Source: Coniocarpon cinnabarinum
Lineage: Eukaryota
Direction: 5' to 3'
NCBI GenBank assembly: GCA_051942205.1
Contig: JAVECO010000204.1
Location: 1 to 38,526 of the forward strand
Length of the DNA stretch: 38,526 bases
Shown: positions 21,223 to 29,687 of the stretch, in pieces
Layout: each line of letters starts with the position of its first letter
Numbering within the stretch: the first letter of the stretch is position 1
Position numbers and translations under genes: made by a program
The notes under the pieces: generated by a model
The model's database searches: none
Seen by the model: only the letters and a program-made list of their open reading frames with translations
What the model was told of the DNA's origin: nothing

Positions 21223-23929
21223 TTATTTCTCAGTCCAGTCGCAATTCGTGACATCTTGCCACGCTCTGGCATTTCCCACAATACACAGCTTCTGCGCTGG
21301 TCGATATACACTATTCAGGGTCTTACCAGGGGTTTCTGAATATTCGGAATGGGTCGTGCTGAATACAGCAGGTGCTTGTACCTGGCATCTCACGATGACT
21401 TCCTCCGGCATCGACTCAGGCGGAGTCGTATCTACGAACCGAGCCAACAGACAGTTGATGCGATGGTATTCCAGATCTCCCACATCGAGCTCGTGCTGGA
21501 AAATGACCATGTCATATTGCGAACCCTCTGAGGATGCCAACGCCTCGTAGCGCTTTTCTCTCTTTTCGGTGCCGCGGGTCACACAGTCGCTGATTTTCCC
21601 ATGCCACGTTTGCGGACCCAATTGTACTTCCAGGGGAGAAAAGTTGGAATCTCTGCTATGCCAGCTCAGGGATGTAGACTCTTCGAGCGTGGCCACTGCG
21701 AAGGTGGCTGTGGCACCTTCTCTTGTCACTCTACAGAGCTTGTCAGGGGAGGCAAAATAATCTGCAACGGTAAGTGTATGTTTCGACATTAACGTAACAG
21801 GCGCCCAAGTGAAAGGCTCGTGCGGTATAGTTGGGGAACCTCTAAAGAGCCAGAAAGTTGGGACATGACCCAAGCTCTCGTAAAACAACTGCATCCGACG
21901 GGCCGTAGGCTCGTTGACAAACTGAGCCAGGTCCATGTTGTGGGCTGCTGCTAGGATGAAAGCTTCGTCAGTCGCTCTTGATGTTGTGCGTGCCTCGATC
22001 TCTTCCGTCAGCCGCACCAATCTGACAGGTTCAGATTTGTCTTCATTGCTTTCTTTGAGCACTTGAGTCAGGAGACCCGCTCGGAGTCGGTTGCCATTGG
22101 TCAATTCGGTGTGCACGAGGCTGAGTGGGTTGTGTATACACTTTGGAAATTCCTGCTTGGCATAGGCTCGGAGTATACGCTTCTGTCTTTGACCAGTGGG
22201 TTGAGATGCGTCCTTTATAAAGTATCGACCGGGGAGAATCCAGATGTCGTCGGAAAGTATGATGAATAAGACACGAGCTAGGACGCTCTCGAGCCACGTC
22301 CATAGTCTGGAGGAGACGCTCAGTCAGCCACGCGTACGCCATACCAAAACGCCGACGACCATTCCTGGTATGCACTCACCTGGTCTGCCATGCGGAGGTA
22401 ATGCAGGCCGCATACCTGTGTTCGAAAGGAGTTATACCGCTGAGCTTTAGAAAGATCTTGTCAATAACGATGACGCCTTCACTTGCTCGGAAGATAGTAT
22501 TTATGCTCCTAATGGCGGTTTGGCGGAGCTCAGGAGACTGCGGTATGCAAAGAGCATCTATCCAAAAGAGTGGTGATCGAGACCGGCGGACTGTCGCGTC
22601 TTCTTGGTCGGCTGAGAACAGGGGCTTACACATAATGTCCCACAAGAATTGCACTTGGCAATTTGGTAGACCTCTCTCAGTATCACTACCGAGTCCGTAT
22701 CGCCAGACATGAGAGAAGGCGTAATACCTGACCGTTGCCAGGTCTTGGACAGAGACCACTTTGAGGCGAAGATCGCTGCTTTTGCCAGCTTGCTCGAGCT
22801 GCAAGAGGGGTATTCGGCCACCCTCAATAGCAGCGGCTACATCATCAAAGTTGGGTCTGTTGGGTGGACAAGATGCTTCAGCACACGTCTCAGTATGACT
22901 GGGGCCAAAGTCAGGGCTTCTTTCGAACTGGCACGTAGTCCGGCTGCAGGGGGAGTGATCTTCGAATCTGTCGGGGCTGGCGTGGACCATCCACCACTTC
23001 AACCAGTGCTGGGTCGTCAGCGACATTGAGTCGAGCTTACCAAAACAACTCGCTCTGCAGAACCCGGCTCGAATCAGACACGCAAGCTCATCACTGCGGG
23101 GATCATCGTCTTCTCTCACCAACCAAGAGGGGCTGGCATTGGTGACGTGAATTTGCCTTTCGAAAGCAGAAACATCGTCAATCACATACAGCAGAATCTC
23201 TTGCATCTTTACGGCAAGACCTAGAATATACTTCAGTCTGGACATCCATAAACGGAGATGGTCCGGCAATCCCTCAATTCCACGCATGCGTCTCATGGGC
23301 AAGCTGGGGTAAACCAGAGATTGCCAGGAACGTCCAAACTCCCAGACCAAGCGGCGATGCTGGAACAAAGCGAGTTGCGCGTGTTCGAAACGAGAGTTTT
23401 GCCCCTCTTTGCTGAGCTTGTCAAAAATGTGTTTCTGTGCCCGAAGCAAATACACCAGATTGCGTGAGTCAAAAATCCGCACGCCGTTCTGGTCGATTCG
23501 GGTCAGATAGGAGAGTCTGAGAGACACTTGACACACGTGTTCTATTAAGCCAAATGTAAGCCAGCTTTGTATGACTGCCGCAAAGCGCCGCTGCACCTCA
23601 GCATCCGTGATGCTTGGATCTTGAAGAGAAGCGTAAAGAGCCCGAGGTTGGCTGCCACCTTCAACCCATCCTGTCAATGTTGCTGCATCGATGTTGCTCG
23701 GTGATAATTTCCAGCCTCTTGACGTAGCATACTCGCTGAAAGTTTCCACTGCTTGAGGCTCAGGCTTGCGATCGTGATCGAACCCGAGCCATTCGTACGT
23801 GGTCCACTGCACGGGATGATCGAGAGGCGGACTGTTCCCGACATTACCTCCCAGCTCTTTACATTCTACAACACGTAACGCTTCTTCGTCCAGAGCGTCT
23901 TCATCTGGATAGAAGAATAGATGCTCCAT
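21223..23929 (-). CDS. HET-domain (heterokaryon incompatibility, TIR-like) protein, 877 aa; exons 23929-22380 and 22306-21223
   Basis: HET motifs YYAFSHVW..GLG, GLPNCQV, FWIDALCIPQ, AIRSI..IF...VIVID, W.TR|LWT..E (spanning intron 22379-22307, GTGAGT..GCTGAC..CAG) and RTTSR..DE. The N-terminal region has QSWLTFGLIE and Cys/His clusters typical of this subfamily. Confidence 0.85.
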
Positions 23930-24680
23930 TGCACTTGCTGCTGCCCAACTTGCACCACAACGCCTTCAATGGAGCGTTATGGTCTTCCATATGGGCGTAT
24001 CTTCGCGCTAGGTTGTGTCCTGTCGTAATACATATGGTCATAAATGTCAACGTGTTTCGCCCAAGAGACGGTAGGTAGCGGGCAAGGCAACCGCCCCTTG
24101 CAGGCGCGCTAACCATGCACGTCTAGCTGAACATAAAGCGTATTGTATGTTTTATCAATTAGTGTAGCGAAGGCGAATTGTTTAAGACATGAGACCTGAG
24201 GGTGACATTATGCAACTTACACTATCCTCCGATGCAAAAAGCTATACAGCCTACTGTGAGATACCAAAACACTGTCGCCGAATCGAATGGGTAGCTGTAC
24301 AAATCATCGCAGTCGCCTCCTCACTTCCGGATGCGGTCCCGAATAGCCTCCCTCTTTTCCCTTCGTAACCTCTCATCTTCATCATGCTCCATCTGGGCAC
24401 GTTGTCGCCTTTCTCTCCCCAGGGTTTCGGAGCGCGGTGGTCCTCAGATACTTCTTCTCAGTCCCCAGATGAGGCCCAGATTCGCTAGCCCAATGTCCCC
24501 GTATGCGTTCGCGGCCCGGAGCACATCGACGATGCGCTCACCGCGCTCTCGTCCTCTGACCTGAGGGCCCGTAGTGTTCTCATCCTGCTGGTCAATGCCA
24601 TCGTTTCTCTCGCGCGTCGCTTCGTCTCCGCGATTTGCATCGTCCTGACCAACATCATGATCAGCTTCGAAAGTGGGTCC

Positions 24681-27410
24681 CTAACCTCGTCCTAAAACCT
24701 TGACAACGCCATCTCCGCCCGCTGTGACGATCCATCGTCCATCAAAGCTCCAACATGCGCTCACAACACCTTCTCCCCGCATCACGCGGTGCACCGTCAT
24801 TTCCTGCGTACAGGCACGTTTCTCAAGATCCCAGACGCGAACAGAGGCATCGTGGCCGGCGGTCAGCAACTCGCGACCATCTGGAGACAGCGACAAGGAG
24901 GCAATGGAGGAGGGGTGCGCTAGCATGGAATAGGTGCATTGGCCTGTCAAAGTTAGTACGCTTCTTCAAGTTGTAGTGTGGAGGAGGCCGGTGAACAGAC
25001 GTACCGCTGTTAGCGTCAAAGAATCGAACGTAGCGATCTTCATGTCCTGTAACCACGACACCTTGCACGCCGCCGTCCTTACCACTGCCTGTGGCGCCGT
25101 GCACTTCCTCGCTCTCCGAGTCCTTCGCACCCCCTTCAGACCCTTCGATTGCTGCTGGCGCGGCCGAGGCAACGACGACAGCGTTGATGCCCGTGTCCTG
25201 TGTTTGGTCATATGTCTCTTGACTTTGCATGCCCACTACGCTTTCAGCAGTCCGCGTGTCAAAAACAACGCACTGCGCATCTGCAAATGCAACCACAAAG
25301 CTCTCACCACCTGAACCTAGAGGGGCGATAGAGGTGGGACTCGCAGCCAGTCCGTCAATGTTGTGGACGAGCTGGTAGTGGAAGGGCGTGCCACTCGCTG
25401 TGCTAGGCTGGGGTGACGAAGGGAAATTGGAGCCGGACGTTACACTGAGTCGCCTAGAGCCTCTGCGCGTACCAGGTTGTGTTGTATGTGATGTGTGCAG
25501 CTGCGGTGGTGCAGAGACAGCCCAAATCTTTATAGAACCGTCCGCAGCGCCTGACGCAAGAAGAATACGGTCGTCACGGTTGTTGTTGACGGGCTGTGTG
25601 GTAGCGGAGAGAGAAGGATTGCCCGTTTGCGCTTCGGAACCTGTTAGGACAGAAGATGCAGACGCCGGTAGCACAGCAAGCGCCCAGACGGCATCGGTGT
25701 GGCCGTCAAGGGTTGCCTTCGGGTCGACACGCCCACGTTCCCAGACACGAATCATTGCGTCTTGACCACCGCTAAAGATCCACCCATCTCCTACTGCACG
25801 CCCGCCGGTGGAGAACGAAGGTGATGAAGGAGAGTTATTCCCTGGACAAGCGGCGAGTGAAGTTACCAGGCCCTCATGGCCTCGGTGCGTGAAGTAAGCA
25901 GAGATGTCCGTATCAGCAGGCGGCATCGCCGCGTGCGAGTGGTTGGCTGAAGGAGGCAAAGAGCCAGCATAAGCAGCAGGTATGATCCATCGCTTGATAG
26001 TGCCGTCATCACCAGTAGTACAAACCTCAGGTTCAGATGGACTTCCACCTCCAGTGAAGATTACGGACCGAACAACGTCAAGGTGTCCGCGGAGCGCAAA
26101 CTTAACTTGAAATGACTGGACCTCCCGTAATTTTGTGAGATCGTGAGAGCCTTCACTGCGTTTACGCGAGAGGTGACCCGCAGAGCCACTGCTCTTCCGT
26201 CGATGTGAACCATGGCCTGTCCGTGGTGGGGATTTGGCCGGGAGGTGGTTGACGTTTGGGAATTGATCAGTCTGCTCCAAGCGAGGGTGTACAGAAGCTG
26301 TCGTATCAGGGGGGTTAGGGTCAAGAACGGTATTTTCTTCACCAAAGTCCCAACCATTCGTGTCGTTAATCAACGTCTGAGCAGTATTCACCCCAGTGGA
26401 CGGTACTGAGCGGCCGTAGGCATCGAACGTGTGTGTGATTTGCTCGACAGGTTCGTCGATGTTTCGTGACGAAAATTGCTGAGACGGCTGAAGCTCCTGG
26501 ACTCCTACGGGGCCGGCTTCAGGCACAGAAGCGGAGAGCCCTTGCTCTGGAACTGTCTCCGATTGTGTCAGGTTTGGAGGGTTTTGATACTGCTCAGGCT
26601 GAGGTCGTTGGGGAGGCGGCTGGTTCGGTAGCGAAGGCAGATGCGACAGTTGAGGATTTCTTCGACGGGAAAGTTGTTGTTGTGGTTGCTGCTGCGTCTG
26701 CTGTTGTTGTTGCTGTTGTTGCTGCTGCTGTTGAACATACGCTTCGTGCATAGGGACATCTTGAGGCTCGAAGGAGCTGCGCTGGGATTGGTGCAGTGGC
26801 TGAGGAGGTAGCGGATGCGCCGGTGGAGTGAGTAAGTACGTGATCTCTTCCAGACATTTTTGCAAAAAGACTTTGGACTTGTCTCTTTGAGCTTCTCTTT
26901 CTGAGTGCGGCGGTTGATCTGTGTCCTTCTTGTCGAGATCTACACCCGGAAATGATGCTGTTGATACGTCAGGACATGTTCTAACCAGGAAGCAGGAAGC
27001 GTTCAACAGTCTTACAGCTTGGTTTAACGCCAATTTTACCACCCCAGGCCTCCTTAACCTCCTCTTCTGTGGGCGGAGGCTGCGACGGAGGCTCTTCGCC
27101 TTTCTTGAGAGCATTCAAAGCCTCACGCTCACGTTTAAGCGCCTTTTCAAGCATCTTGACTTGCTTCTCCAACATTTCATTAAGCTTCTTCGCGCTACGG
27201 CAATCTCCTTCTTGCTTCGCGATCTTCGCTTTCATTTCCGCTCTCTCTATGTCCCAAGCGTTTCGTGCGCGCTCGTGATTGTGCCACTCGATCTGCAGGA
27301 AGCGCATTACCCCTAACATTGGTTAGTCGTTCTTCCATCAACGCAAGCTTGAAGCACTCGGGCCTGGATCGTAGCTCACCCTGAAGGGTATACTCCGTTG
27401 AAGGTTCCAT
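24681..27410 (-). CDS. pro11: Striatin (STRIPAK scaffold; Pro11/StrA/Far8 orthologue), 847 aa; exons 27410-27380, 27312-27016, 26957-25005, 24943-24681
   Basis: [34 protein letters not shown] striatin N-terminal coiled coil. C-terminal WD40 repeats ([47 protein letters not shown]). Three canonical introns with consistent phases. Confidence 0.95.
26674..26733 (-). repeat. CAA/CAG microsatellite encoding polyglutamine in striatin
   Basis: Mixed CAA/CAG run giving an almost pure Gln tract interrupted by one Thr and one Pro. Confidence 0.85.
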
Positions 27411-28178
27411 CTCCTGGAGTTTGAAGGGACAGATACCACAGCCCTCTTCCAGTCAGCAAGCACGCCCACCGTGGTCGTCGAGTCGCGTTCAAGTCCAGGC
27501 CATTGGAATTGTTTTTGACTCCGCTTCAGTTGGGGAGGGCAACGGAACGACTGAGTCTGAGGTATCGAGAATGAAAGTGCGGGATCGAAACTTCCGGTCA
27601 ATTAGCGCTGTGAGATGTGAGTCAATATGTAGTGCGAGGTATGAGGTGGACGCAAGAGATGCTGAAAGGAACAGATGGAAATGTTTCAAGATTCTTTGCA
27701 ACAGCTTTCTAGGGTGCGCGAGTCAGCCACGCAATCGGGGCAGGGTCGTTGATCCCAATCAGCAGAAACATTCCTACATCCCCTGAGCAGCACGATAGCA
27801 CTCATTCTTCAGCCCATCGTCAACCCTCAGTGTTCTCAGATTCTGCTTCGAAAGCTATGAGTCCAATCGCGGAAGGTTGCTACAGCTCTTAACGAGTCGA
27901 TATATGCCGTGAGAGATACTTTCATGCAAGGCCCCTGCGGCCTCGCATGGCCTGAGCCTTGTTCCTTCCATCATCTTTCGGCTGTGGGAAGAAAGACATT
28001 CTGTTCTAGCGCTTACAGCCTTCTTAAAGTTAAGTTCAATTCTCGGATGGCATCGCTCGATATTGTCAGTCAAAGTCAATACCTCAACACAACCGCCATG
28101 TCTTCCCTTCTACCCACAGGTTTTAAGTACGCAAGAGAACTTCCGCGCAGCCATCTGGACTGTGTATGGAGACAGATA

Positions 28179-29120
28179 TTACTCTGCTCTGCGCGTAGCC
28201 AGAATAAGGTGCACCGACCACAGCAGTGTCACCGTTTGCTGCTGCTGTTCCTCCATGGCTTCTCCAAGACGGTCCCAGAGCCGACCCGCCGCCACATGCG
28301 GTACGTAGGCAAGCGTATTCACATAATTCTTCAGATCATCAAGACTGTAGTGTCTTGACCAGCTCTCGATGTCTTCTTCATCGACACTCACGTCACTACT
28401 TTTCACTTGGGATGACGGCCAGCCAAGATTGTCTAGGCGCAAGACCTGCCTCGCCTCAGGCCGATACCGTTCATTAATCTTGATTCTCAACACGCCTGTC
28501 TCGAATGTGTCTTCTGGCACGCCGATGGAGTCATACCCCGCCCACGTAACTCGGAGACCTCGCCGTGCTGCAGTATTTCCCGTGCTGATGCCATGACTTA
28601 CCCATGCGTCCCCGAACTCCTCCCAAGCGGCCGCAGCTGCTGAATTATTCGTGATAGCAGGCAGTCCGTTATAATTTACAGCGACAAAGGTACCGCCCGG
28701 CTTCAAGACTCGGGATAACTGTTCCATAAGCAGTGTGAGATCAGCGTATCCAATGGCACTGAAAATGGTAAACATGTCGAGACTGCGTGGGCTCAGCCAT
28801 GATTGATCTTCTGCCAGTGACTGATGAAAGGTGAACTTCTCGTGCCCATACTTCAAGGCCTTGAGTCGCTCCTGAGCTGTTTTGATGTATTCACTATTCG
28901 GATCGCTGACAATGACGTGTTTGAACCGCTCCGCAAGTGCTTCGGCAGCGATTCCAGCTCCGCTGCCAGCGTCGTGGACGGTTGTCCAATTATTGCTATG
29001 CGCTTTGTGGTAGTCGTAAATGCGTGTGTATAGTGAGGCGGGATAATGGGGACGGAGCCGCTTGTACTCTTCCCAGTCAAGTCCAGAAACTGGGAAACCA
29101 ATCATCTCGGATGATGCCAT
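28179..29120 (-). CDS. Class I SAM-dependent methyltransferase (Tmt1/Crg1-like small-molecule MTase), 313 aa, intronless
   Basis: Y..LRPHYPASLY, motif I VHDAGSGAG, VIVSDP, AED, SLDM and RVLKPGGTF. Confidence 0.88.
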   Translation of the reverse strand: MASSEMIGFPVSGLDWEEYKRLRPHYPASLYTRIYDYHKAHSNNWTTVHDAGSGAGIAAEALAERFKHVIVSDPNSEYIKTAQERLKALKYGHEKFTFHQSLAEDQSWLSPRSLDMFTIFSAIGYADLTLLMEQLSRVLKPGGTFVAVNYNGLPAITNNSAAAAAWEEFGDAWVSHGISTGNTAARRGLRVTWAGYDSIGVPEDTFETGVLRIKINERYRPEARQVLRLDNLGWPSSQVKSSDVSVDEEDIESWSRHYSLDDLKNYVNTLAYVPHVAAGRLWDRLGEAMEEQQQQTVTLLWSVHLILATRRAE

Positions 29121-29687
29121 GTCGAATTAAAGCGCAGACTCGGTATTACCTATAGCTCTGAAAATTGGATTTCCCTATTGCGAAGGTTATACACATGCGC
29201 AGCTCACGTGTGAGCGGCTTAGAGGGAGATTACGACCGCAGCGTCTCAAATCTATGTAATTATGCAGCTTTACACGAGAACCTAGGTAAGTGACACCGGG
29301 TGCGCTGGTGGGCACCTTCGGCTTACCACCGTACAACTCCTTTCCTAAAGCAACATTATTAGCCGAAGCTGGTGCTAGAAGCTGTTCTAAGGACTGCAAA
29401 GATTCTGTAACACCCGAAAGCGAGCACGAGAGGTGCCTTCTACTACTGACTGCAATCCCTTAGAAAGACCATCGAAAGATCATCAAGATTAATGTATATT
29501 TAGTACTACATGATCTGAGCTGGGTTTTTCTCCCCGAAAAGAATCTGATCCCTGTTGTGCGTCCAACTAGCCATGAGGATGTTTGGCGCGTAGGGGCGGG
29601 CAATCATTCTTAGTTGTGTACAATCAGCATAGGGGCCCCAGCGCCAAACGATGCTCGTCATTGCGTCAGTGAGTGCAGGTGTCGTCG

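Noticed and set aside
24645..24685. Alternative intron GTTAGG..GCTGAT..CAG removing the striatin stop
   Set aside because: Only 41 nt, shorter than any supported intron here (51 nt or more), with a weak donor. It shifts frame and does not join the long in-frame extension.
24321..27503. Genome-wide TGA/TAG reassignment to explain the in-frame stops around striatin
   Set aside because: Conserved proteins end exactly at these codons (tubulin EAEY-TGA, Pho88 KEE-TAG), and no other gene model needs an internal stop.
29281..29560. TPP riboswitch upstream of the methyltransferase
   Set aside because: The CTGAGA and TGATC..GG.TAAT..C..GCG core elements are not present in the required order.
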